DNA of 16,384 nucleotides from a virus (Duplodnaviria; Heunggongvirae; Uroviricota; Caudoviricetes): IMG/VR virus record IMGVR_UViG_2531839530_000004; one strand, 5' to 3'. Shown piece by piece: positions 9,015 to 16,384 of this stretch (position 1 is its first letter; each line of letters starts with the position of its first letter). The notes under the pieces were generated by a model. It saw only the letters and a program-made list of their open reading frames with translations, ran no database searches and was not told where the DNA came from. The position numbers and the translations under genes were made by a program.

Positions 9015-10552
9015 GCATAGGCTATTTACCATAACGCCTCATTACGCGCACCGCCCAGACTGACTCAGCGCGTTTCTGGCATATCCCCGGTAAAACAAGT
9101 AACAAACCACCCGAAAATGAACACCAGAAACGCGACTTAAGAATCTACCCTATGAATGGATATGCACTCAGCCGAATCGATCTTGGTTTCAATCTTTTTT
9201 ATCGGGATCAGGCTTCTTTTTAGGTAACTTCGGGGGCTTAACTTGCTGATGACTTTGCGTTCGGCGCGTAAGCCAGGGATGGTCAGCTTTAGGTTTAACA
9301 TAGTATTTTGAGCGTAAATCAATACGGGCATTATCCACTCGTTCATGGACACTCTTTTCATCATCCAGTGGTATAGGCTCCGGGCCATCAACATACTTTT
9401 CCCAGCCCAGCGCTTTCCCGTCATACAGAACGTTAATTTCACCGTCAAAGTTCTCGCATACAGTAACAACCGAATGCCTAAGTCGATATCCCCGGCCCTC
9501 ACTGCGTACCTGAAACGCACTGCTTTTGTACTGGAAAGTGAGATTTTTAGACAGAACGCGCTTCGCCTGTAGGCTGAAGATATAACCCAGTTCCTCTTCA
9601 GAATGGTGCACATCAAGATGAGCATTATCAGTAGTACGAGGCGACGTAGCGAACCGGTTGTTATAGGCTTCAATAAAGGTCGGCAACCATGCATTTGCTG
9701 TTTCAATATCACTGATATTCTGAAGCCGCATTTCTTTGACCAGCCTGTCCTGTAGTGTCTGATTGGCGCGCTCTACCCGCCCTTTTGCCTGCGGGCTGTT
9801 GGCATGGATTGGCTCGATGCCCAGTGTCTTTATCGCACGAGTGAACTGGGTCAGCTCACCTTCCCGCTCTGGGTTATTTACCCTGAATATACTGTGTCTA
9901 TCAGAGTAGAGAGCGAGCGGTACGCCATGATCATTAAGGTAACCCCGGAGGGTTTCCATGTAAGCCTGGGTTGTTTCAGCAGGCACAAAACGCAACGCCA
10001 TCAACGCACTGGTGGCATCATCAATGAAAACGATCAGTGTACATCTGGGGCCTCGATTTTCAAACCAGTCATGAGGTGAGCCATCAATCTGGATCAGTTC
10101 ACCGTAAGATGGTCGTCGCATGCGGCGTTGATATATACGGGCAATTTTACGACGGCGTTCACGCCATAACCCCTCTTCTATCATCCACTTTCTGAGAGTT
10201 TCAACGGATAAAGATAAACCGTGTATCTCGCGCAATTTTTCGCACGCAAACGTAGGTCCAAAATCAGCGTAACGGCCTTTGAGGAGTGAAATTACTGTTG
10301 CTCTGAATTCAGTAGAAAAGGAATTATTAGGACGCTTTCCACGTCGGTGGGAAACCAGACCAGAAGGCCCTTCATTTCTATACCGTTGCACCAGACGTTT
10401 AACCTGCCGAATAGAAATGCCAATGCGTGCCGCAGCTTGTTCCTGAATAGTCTGAAGTCGGTGGAGTTCCTTATGACTCATCGTAACAGTCTCTTTGATC
10501 ATGAAAAATCCCCCAGAGAATTGTCTGGGGACATTTTAGAATGGTTCAAAGG
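9015..10552 (-). mobile_element. Insertion sequence carrying a single rve-type DDE transposase (IS481/ISNCY-like); boundaries approximate
   Basis: Transposase ORF 9189-10502; candidate flanking 8-bp direct repeat GGACATTA at 9007-9014 and 10553-10560. I could not identify convincing terminal inverted repeats, so the ends are inferred. Confidence 0.45.
9189..10502 (-). CDS. DDE transposase, integrase-core (rve) fold with N-terminal helix-turn-helix (437 aa)
   Basis: N-terminal HTH-like segment (IGISIRQVKRLVQRY); catalytic motifs IQIDGSPHDWF, LYSDRHSIF and KGRVERANQTLQ (D, D, E) typical of the IS3/IS481/ISNCY rve domain; basic C-terminal tail. Does not match the IS1, IS2, IS4, IS5 or IS30 transposases I can recall. 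Confidence 0.85.
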   Translation of the reverse strand: MIKETVTMSHKELHRLQTIQEQAAARIGISIRQVKRLVQRYRNEGPSGLVSHRRGKRPNNSFSTEFRATVISLLKGRYADFGPTFACEKLREIHGLSLSVETLRKWMIEEGLWRERRRKIARIYQRRMRRPSYGELIQIDGSPHDWFENRGPRCTLIVFIDDATSALMALRFVPAETTQAYMETLRGYLNDHGVPLALYSDRHSIFRVNNPEREGELTQFTRAIKTLGIEPIHANSPQAKGRVERANQTLQDRLVKEMRLQNISDIETANAWLPTFIEAYNNRFATSPRTTDNAHLDVHHSEEELGYIFSLQAKRVLSKNLTFQYKSSAFQVRSEGRGYRLRHSVVTVCENFDGEINVLYDGKALGWEKYVDGPEPIPLDDEKSVHERVDNARIDLRSKYYVKPKADHPWLTRRTQSHQQVKPPKLPKKKPDPDKKD

Positions 10553-10836
10553 GGACATTACAGCTTGGTGTTAACAATAGCCTGCTTCTCCGTGCCTTTC
10601 GGCACGTAAGAGGCTAACCTACATGTGTCTAGCATGAAATTGGCCTCAGATTAATGTTAAGCGTCTTGCAGGACGCGTAATGTTAACTGGGGCTTTTCTC
10701 TATCTGCCGTTGGTGTCCATGCCCGAGGCAGATAGCCTCAAGCACCCGCAGTCATTCTACTTAACTAAGATTTCCCCGCAAACCGTTTTTGTCCAGCACA
10801 GTAAATATCCAACTAAACCAATGGAGTTCGCTGTAT

Positions 10837-11016
10837 TTACCGCCAGTATTCAATGCACATGACCGCCATGAACACCCCTAAAAAAAGGGCATTTATATAT
10901 CCAAATATTAATATCAAAACATCAACTTTTTCCATATACCTTGCTGTGAAGATGATGGGCATACATGATGCGAACAACCAGAACGCAACAAACAAAAACT
11001 GCAATGCGTTTTTCAT
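10837..11016 (-). CDS. Small membrane protein (59 aa, two predicted TM helices)
   Basis: Consensus ribosome-binding site TAGGAGGAATA directly before the ATG at 11016; product MKNALQFLFVAFWLFASCMPIIFTARYMEKVDVLILIFGYINALFLGVFMAVMCIEYWR. Track ORF (72 aa) trimmed to the RBS-supported start. Confidence 0.5.
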   Translation of the reverse strand: MKNALQFLFVAFWLFASCMPIIFTARYMEKVDVLILIFGYINALFLGVFMAVMCIEYWR

Positions 11017-11270
11017 TATTCCTCCTACAATCAATGTGCAATTACATTTAAACACACCTCAATTTGGCCGGACATATAAATATCTAAACCAGAAAAAATC
11101 ACTTACATAGCGTTACAAACTCTTTAGTCTAAAGGTTCATCGTAAAACATTCCCCATACTTATCAGTCCGTTCCGCGCCAGGTAGCTCATTGCCTTATCT
11201 GGCAACCTGTAATCAGGTTTCCGCTTTTTCAGTTGGCTGGTCGTTTAACCGACATAGTTAATCCATTAAT

Positions 11271-11558
11271 CTAGTTGCCGGATGTTGGTGGATTTTCGCG
11301 TTTTAGTTGTTCATAAAAGTGCACAGCTTTAACCAGTTCTTCTGATGTAACTGGGACTGGTGAGGCAGTGAATAAGGCCTGAATTTGATAGTTCGGCCTG
11401 TCGTTACAATCCTCTTTTTTCGGTACATATTTCCAGTCACCAGACCACTACTTCCCCTGAAAGTCCGTAACGCCTTTTTTCACGTAGCGATATCGCCATG
11501 CCACTGGTTTTGCTTGCCCCGCCGTTTCATGCCCTTCCTGATAATTAATCTCGCTCAT
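11271..11558 (-). pseudogene. Small prophage gene (95 codons) interrupted by an in-frame TAG at 11448-11450
   Basis: ATG overlaps the upstream stop (ATGA); reads MSEINYQEGHETAGQAKPVAWRYRYVKKGVTDFQGK-TAG-WSGDWKYVPKKEDCNDRPNYQIQALFTASPVPVTSEELVKAVHFYEQLKRENPPTSGN. The 58 stop-free codons after the TAG contain no internal start, so this looks like a nonsense mutation in one gene. Confidence 0.4.
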
Positions 11559-11746
11559 TCATCGCCCCACTCATCACAATATGCTTCGACCGGAGTTTTT
11601 CCCGCTTCATAGTCATCACGCTAGGATTCGACATCAGCAGCACTTCCACCGCGTAACTCACCATAGTCCATTAATAGTTCATCCCGCTCTTCAAAACTGA
11701 TGTTATATTTAGCTGAACAAAAATCAGCCACTTTGTTCTTCCTCAT
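11555..11746 (-). pseudogene. Small prophage gene (63 codons) interrupted by an in-frame TAG at 11621-11623
   Basis: AGGAAG ribosome-binding site precedes a GTG at 11731 (ATG at 11746 also in frame); reads ...ADFCSAKYNISFEERDELLMDYGELRGGSAADVES-TAG-RDDYEAGKTPVEAYCDEWGDE, ending in the ATGA overlap with the next gene. Confidence 0.3.
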
Positions 11747-11795
11747 CGTCTTTTATTTCGTGGTATGAGTAATTGCAGTAGTTAAAGAAAATTTC

Positions 11796-11906
11796 TTATG
11801 CTCCGTCATGAATTTCCTCAGGTGTTGCGTCATCGTCCACTTCGAATACATCCTCAAAATCTCCACCAGCTATTCCCGTTTCAATAATAATTTTGAACTT
11901 TCGCAT
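11796..11906 (-). CDS. Candidate small acidic protein (36 aa)
   Basis: ATG at 11906 opens MRKFKIIIETGIAGGDFEDVFEVDDDATPEEIHDGA; weak ribosome-binding site; a GAAA-loop hairpin (CCGCCC-GAAA-GGGCGG) lies just upstream. Speculative. Confidence 0.25.
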   Translation of the reverse strand: MRKFKIIIETGIAGGDFEDVFEVDDDATPEEIHDGA

Positions 11907-12168
11907 TTCACTACCGCCCTTTCGGGCGGCCTCCTGATGTTCTGAGGGTGCAGAAATCCATCCGGTTAAGGATTAAATTTTATTTACAGAACTGAATTTA
12001 ATTATTCAGATATACGTATCTGTAGCCTTACGAATCTACTCACTGGATGCCTCTTTCATAAAAATAATCCAGTGGGTTTTATCGTTTTTTCCCTGTTCGT
12101 TGACAGATAACAGGTTTTCTGTCTGTCAGTGCCAGAATCTGGCTTACCGGTATTTGCGTTTCATTCCA

Positions 12169-12525
12169 TTAAAAAATCAGAACGCCGTGCGGCCTCAACA
12201 CCCGAAAGGCTTCTTTAAATCTCTGTCGCGAATCATCACGCCAGGCATCTTTATTCAGCCGTCCATATTTCTTTCCCATCCAGGCGTTATCACCAACACT
12301 CTCAAGATGCGGAGGGTCTAATACAACCATCGAAAAAGATGCGTCTGCAAATGATAATGCACGAAAATCTGCGATAATGTCAGGGCTGATAATCAAGCGT
12401 CTCCCATTGCGTAATGTGTATCCTTCTTTTCTGATATCGCTGAATATCGCCCGTTCGTCAGACTTATCGAACCAGAACATGCGGCTGCCACAGCACATAT
12501 CAAGAATGGTTGCCGGTGCACTCAC
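12169..12525 (-). pseudogene. AdoMet-dependent methyltransferase-like fragment (118 aa) ending at an in-frame TAA
   Basis: Product has a degenerate motif-I-like DMCCGSR and a motif-IV-like VVLDPPH in gamma-class order. The frame continues past the TAA (ATTTTTTAATGG, consistent with AAA to TAA) for about 28 more codons; even read through it is too short for a full methyltransferase. Confidence 0.45.
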
Positions 12526-12788
12526 TGCGCCACGTCCTGAAAATTACCCTGATAGAAAGCCAGTATGCGCTGCATAACTTCGCTCTTCCGGCACTCGCGA
12601 CAGATTATGTTTAGGCGACTGTCGTAGCGACGTATTTCTCCGTCAGGTGATGACCAGATAAGGTCCGGATCAACCACAGCAGGTTTCTTCACCTTTGCCC
12701 TCGAGAGTTTTTTGCGGGCGTTTTGCCAGTCCTTACGCGCCTGTTCAGAGGGGAATAACCCGTATCCGGAGCTTAAGTTGCACGCCAT
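12522..12788 (-). CDS. Hypothetical protein (up to 88 aa) translationally coupled to the methyltransferase-like ORF
   Basis: Stop overlaps the downstream start (ATGA). The ATG at 12788 has no ribosome-binding site; an internal GTG at 12692 preceded by GAGGG would give 56 aa. Start uncertain. Confidence 0.35.
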   Translation of the reverse strand: MACNLSSGYGLFPSEQARKDWQNARKKLSRAKVKKPAVVDPDLIWSSPDGEIRRYDSRLNIICRECRKSEVMQRILAFYQGNFQDVAQ

Positions 12789-12846
12789 TGGGTGGGTTAA
12801 GCATAAATGTATTCCTGGTGCTAAATGGCCCGAAATTCAGGCAGAG

Positions 12847-14745
12847 ATGCGCATCTGGAAAAAACGTCGCGAAGGTGAACGCAAGGAAACCGGAAAATAC
12901 ACGTCTGTTGTTGATCTCGCCCGCGCCAGAGCCAATCAACAGTACACTGAAAATTCAACAGGAAAAATCAGCCCGGTCATTGCTGCCATTCATCGCGAAT
13001 ACAAGCAGACATGGAAAACACTGGATGACGAACTGGCCTACGCTCTCTGGCCTAGTGATGTGGATGCCGGAAACATTGACGGCAGCATCCATCGCTGGGC
13101 AAAAAAAGAAGTTATCGACAACGACCGCGAAGACTGGAAGCGTATCTCGGCATCAATGCGCAAACAGCCTGATGCCCTTCGCTACGACCGCCAAACTATT
13201 TTTGGCCTTGTCCGTGAGCGTCCGATCGACATTCACAAAGATCCCGTAGCACTGAACAAATATATCTGCGAATACCTGACGACAAAGGGCGTGTTTGAGA
13301 ATGAAGAAACAGACCTGGGCACTGTTGATGTTCTCCAGTCATCAGAAACACAAACTGATGCAGTGGAAACTGAGGTATCTGATATCCCAAAAAATGAAAC
13401 CGCGCCGGAAGCTGAACCATCTGTAGAGCGTGAGGGGCCGTTCTATTTCCTCTTCGCAGATAAGGACGGAGAAAAATACGGTCGCGCAAACAAACTCTCT
13501 GGTCTGGATAAGGCACTGGCTGCTGGCGCCACTGAAATCACAAAAGAAGAATATTTTGCCCGAAAAAATGGCACATACACGGGCTTACCGCAAAATGTAG
13601 ATACCGCTGAAGATTCAGAACAACCAGAGCCGATAAAAGTTACCGCTGACGAAGTAAACAAAATTATGCAGGCAGCCAATATCAGCCAGCCTGACGCCGA
13701 TAAGTTGCTTGCTGCATCACGTGGTGAATTTGTTGAAGGGATTAGTGACCCGAATGATCCGAAATGGGTTAAGGGGCTCCAGACCCGCGATTCTGTGAAC
13801 CAGAACCAGCATGAATCGGAACGGAACTACCAAAAAGCGGAACAAAACAGTCCAAATGCGTTACAAAACGAGCCAGAAACGAAACAGCCTGAACCAGTAG
13901 CGCAACAGGAAGTGGAAAAAGTCTGCACCGCCTGCGGTCAGACCGGCGGCGGCAACTGCCCTGATTGTGGCGCGGTGATGGGCGACGCAACATACCAAGA
14001 AACATTCGATGAAGAGTATCAGGTTGAAGTTCAGGAAGATGATCCGGAGGAAATGGAAGGCGCTGAACATCCACACAAGGAGAACACTGGCGGCAATCAG
14101 CATCACAATAGCGATAATGAAACTGGCGAGACGGCAGATCACCCAATTAAGGTGAACGGTCATCACGAAATCACATCCACCAGCAGGACGTGTGACCATC
14201 TAATGATCGACCTTGAAACCATGGGAAAAAATCCTGATGCCCCGATCATCTCAATAGGTGCAATATTTTTCGATCCGCAAACCGGAGATATGGGACCGGA
14301 ATTTAGTAAGACTATCGATCTGGAAACTGCTGGCGGAGTCATTGATCGGGACACCATTAAATGGTGGCTTAAGCAATCACGCGAAGCGCAATCTGCCATT
14401 ATGACCGATGAAATCCCGTTAGATGATGCACTGTTACAATTGCGAGAATTTATCGACGAAAACTCCGGTGAATTTTTTGTTCAGGTTTGGGGAAATGGAG
14501 CCAACTTCGACAACACGATTTTGCGCCGTTCATACGAACGGCAGGGGATCCCCTGCCCGTGGCGTTACTACAACGATCGCGATGTACGCACAATCGTTGA
14601 GCTGGGGAAAGCCATAGACTTCGATGCCAGAACGGCTATTCCATTCGAAGGTGAGCGCCATAATGCACTTGATGACGCCCGTTACCAGGCAAAATACGTT
14701 TCAGTTATCTGGCAAAAACTGATCCCGAGTCAGGCTGATTCTTAA
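12847..14745 (+). CDS. Phage-type exonuclease with C-terminal DnaQ-like DEDDh 3'-5' exonuclease domain; start uncertain
   Basis: C-terminal region carries the DEDDh motifs in order: MIDLETMG, WGNGANFDNT, HNALDDARYQ; a CxxC-x9-CxxC zinc ribbon (CTACGQTGGGNCPDCG) and acidic low-complexity linker precede it; lies directly upstream of xis-int. The frame is open from 12712 (TTG); other candidate starts are TTG 12778 (GGAG RBS) and ATG 12847. Confidence 0.75.
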   Translation: MRIWKKRREGERKETGKYTSVVDLARARANQQYTENSTGKISPVIAAIHREYKQTWKTLDDELAYALWPSDVDAGNIDGSIHRWAKKEVIDNDREDWKRISASMRKQPDALRYDRQTIFGLVRERPIDIHKDPVALNKYICEYLTTKGVFENEETDLGTVDVLQSSETQTDAVETEVSDIPKNETAPEAEPSVEREGPFYFLFADKDGEKYGRANKLSGLDKALAAGATEITKEEYFARKNGTYTGLPQNVDTAEDSEQPEPIKVTADEVNKIMQAANISQPDADKLLAASRGEFVEGISDPNDPKWVKGLQTRDSVNQNQHESERNYQKAEQNSPNALQNEPETKQPEPVAQQEVEKVCTACGQTGGGNCPDCGAVMGDATYQETFDEEYQVEVQEDDPEEMEGAEHPHKENTGGNQHHNSDNETGETADHPIKVNGHHEITSTSRTCDHLMIDLETMGKNPDAPIISIGAIFFDPQTGDMGPEFSKTIDLETAGGVIDRDTIKWWLKQSREAQSAIMTDEIPLDDALLQLREFIDENSGEFFVQVWGNGANFDNTILRRSYERQGIPCPWRYYNDRDVRTIVELGKAIDFDARTAIPFEGERHNALDDARYQAKYVSVIWQKLIPSQADS

Positions 14746-14817
14746 TGTTCAACTGTCGCCGGTTGTGACTGGGATTCTGCAACCGGCGCTCGTCTGATGT
14801 AAGAGATAAAGAAATCG

Positions 14818-15069
14818 ATGAGCGAAGTAATCATGATTGTCTCTCCCGGCAAATGGGTATCCGAAGAGCAGTTAATTGCGCTGAAAGGAATAAAAAAAGG
14901 TACGTTAAAAAAGGCCCGGGAAAAATCGTTTATGGAAGGAAGGGAATATAAGCATGTCGCTCATGACGGTATGCCATGGGATAACAGTCCATGCTTTTAC
15001 AACCTGGAAGAAATTGATCGCTGGATTGAGCGCCAGGCATCAGCGAGACCAAGACGTCATCTTACTTGA
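14818..15069 (+). CDS. Excisionase-like small DNA-binding protein (83 aa)
   Basis: Small basic ORF 19 bp upstream of the integrase in the same orientation, the canonical xis position; no homology check possible here. Confidence 0.6.
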   Translation: MSEVIMIVSPGKWVSEEQLIALKGIKKGTLKKAREKSFMEGREYKHVAHDGMPWDNSPCFYNLEEIDRWIERQASARPRRHLT

Positions 15070-15103
15070 CTAAAAGCCACACTAACTAATGAGAGAAGTT
15101 GAA

Positions 15104-16384
15104 ATGAAATATCCGACAGGCGTGGAAAACCATGGAGGGAAATTACGTATCTGGTTTGTTTATAAAGACGTAAGAGTCAGGGAAAATCTGGGGGTTCCTG
15201 ACACAGCAAAAAACAGGCGCGTTGCAGGTGAACTACGCTCCTCTGTTTGTTACGCAATAAAAACTGGTGTTTTCGACTATGCAAAACAGTTTCCCTCCTC
15301 ACGCAATCTGGAAAAATTTGGTGAGGCCCGACAAGATTTAACCATAAAAGAACTGGCTGAAAAATTTCTGGCACTGAAAGAAACTGAAGTCGCCAAAACA
15401 TCACTCAACACATACCGTGCCGTCATCAAAAATATCCTGAGCATAATCGGTGAAAAAAATCTTGCCTCATCGATTAATAAAGAAAAATTACTGGAGGTTC
15501 GTAAAGAGTTACTGACTGGATACCAGATCCCCAAAAGTAACTATATTGTTACACAACCAGGGAGATCGGCTGTAACTGTAAATAATTACATGACAAATCT
15601 TAACGCCGTGTTCCAGTTTGGTGTTGATAACGGTTACCTGGCAGATAATCCGTTTAAGGGGATCTCGCCATTAAAGGAATCAAGAACCATTCCGGATCCT
15701 CTTTCGCGGGAAGAATTTATCCGTCTTATCGATGCGTGCAGAAATCAGCAAGCAAAAAATTTATGGTGTGTTTCTGTTTATACTGGAGTTCGCCCTGGTG
15801 AGCTGTGTGCACTTGGATGGGAGGACATAGATCTGAAAAATGGAACAATGATGATCAGGAGAAATTTAGCAAAAGACCGTTTCACGGTACCAAAAACACA
15901 GGCGGGAACCAATCGGGTCATTCATCTTATTAAGCCAGCAATCGACGCTCTCCGGAGTCAGATGACATTAACGAGACTGAGCAAAGAGCATATCATTGAT
16001 GTTCACCTCAGAGAGTATGGCAGAACAGAAAAACAAAAATGCACCTTTGTTTTTCAACCTGAAGTGTCAGCGAGAGTAAAAAATTATGGTGACCATTTTA
16101 CCGTTGACTCAATAAGGCAGATGTGGGACGCAGCGATAAAACGTGCCGGACTCCGCCATCGAAAATCATATCAGTCGAGACATACTTATGCCTGCTGGTC
16201 GCTGACAGCTGGTGCTAACCCGGCATTTATAGCAAACCAGATGGGCCATGCAGATGCGCATATGGTATTTCAGGTATACGGAAAATGGATGTCTGAAAAC
16301 AATAATGCACAGGTAGCTTTGTTAAATACACAGTTAAGCGAGTTTGCCCCAACCATGCCCCATAACGAAGCAATGAAAAATTAA
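15104..16384 (+). CDS. Tyrosine site-specific integrase (426 aa from the second ATG)
   Basis: N-terminus MKYPTGVENHGGKLRIWF resembles lambdoid/Rac-type integrases; C-terminal catalytic region contains R (GVRPGELCALGWEDID), the H-x-x-R box (SRHTYACWSLTAGANPAFIANQMGHAD) and the nucleophile Tyr (FQVYGKW). The stop codon is the last three bases of the window; the track's first ATG is 15089. Confidence 0.9.
   Translation: MKYPTGVENHGGKLRIWFVYKDVRVRENLGVPDTAKNRRVAGELRSSVCYAIKTGVFDYAKQFPSSRNLEKFGEARQDLTIKELAEKFLALKETEVAKTSLNTYRAVIKNILSIIGEKNLASSINKEKLLEVRKELLTGYQIPKSNYIVTQPGRSAVTVNNYMTNLNAVFQFGVDNGYLADNPFKGISPLKESRTIPDPLSREEFIRLIDACRNQQAKNLWCVSVYTGVRPGELCALGWEDIDLKNGTMMIRRNLAKDRFTVPKTQAGTNRVIHLIKPAIDALRSQMTLTRLSKEHIIDVHLREYGRTEKQKCTFVFQPEVSARVKNYGDHFTVDSIRQMWDAAIKRAGLRHRKSYQSRHTYACWSLTAGANPAFIANQMGHADAHMVFQVYGKWMSENNNAQVALLNTQLSEFAPTMPHNEAMKN

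Noticed and set aside
9137-9712. 191-aa minus-strand ORF
   Set aside because: Alternative frame overlapping the 3' part of the transposase gene; the transposase frame carries the conserved DDE motifs.
11940-12130. AT-rich stretch with short palindromes (ATACGTAT core near 12011-12018; TGACAGA/TCTGTCA around 12101-12128) as a possible origin or operator
   Set aside because: Palindromes are short and imperfect, and the region coincides with the decayed 3' extension of the methyltransferase-like frame; insufficient evidence for a distinct element.
13196-14399. Several minus-strand ORFs (78-125 aa) and the plus-strand 184-aa ORF 12695-13249
   Set aside because: All are antisense to, or out of frame with, the long exonuclease frame, which has recognisable DEDDh motifs; typical shadow ORFs.
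15177-15534. Minus-strand ORFs of 75 and 85 aa
   Set aside because: Antisense to the integrase gene.

Overview
The window reads as an IS-remodelled, Qin-like lambdoid cryptic prophage from Escherichia/Shigella, with all identifications made from memory of K-12 Qin and by reading the sequence (no searches run). Left to right: the terminal 319 bp of an IS1 copy (insA N-terminus, minus strand); a minus-strand late/lysis block (cspI, spanins rzpQ/rzoQ, SAR-type endolysin rrrQ, ydfR, holin essQ); cold-shock morons cspB and cspF; Q antiterminator quuQ with a recognisable late promoter and terminator (pR-prime/tR-prime) just downstream; ydfU, an unnamed 96-aa gene and rem; the relB-relE-hokD toxin-antitoxin operon with its relO operator; flxA with a sigma-28 promoter. 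After flxA the K-12 dicC/dicA/dicB immunity region is absent; instead there is a second insertion sequence (437-aa rve-type DDE transposase, IS481/ISNCY-like), then an uncharacterised minus-strand accessory cluster (small two-helix membrane protein, two tandem genes each broken by an in-frame TAG, a 36-aa acidic ORF, a methyltransferase-like fragment ending at an in-frame TAA, an 88-aa ORF), and finally a plus-strand exo-xis-int recombination module ending at the window edge. I found no CRISPR array, tRNA or rRNA. I did not find a clear multi-gene novel system; the best candidate for something undescribed is the decaying accessory cluster at about 10.8-12.8 kb, which sits divergently against the exonuclease gene.
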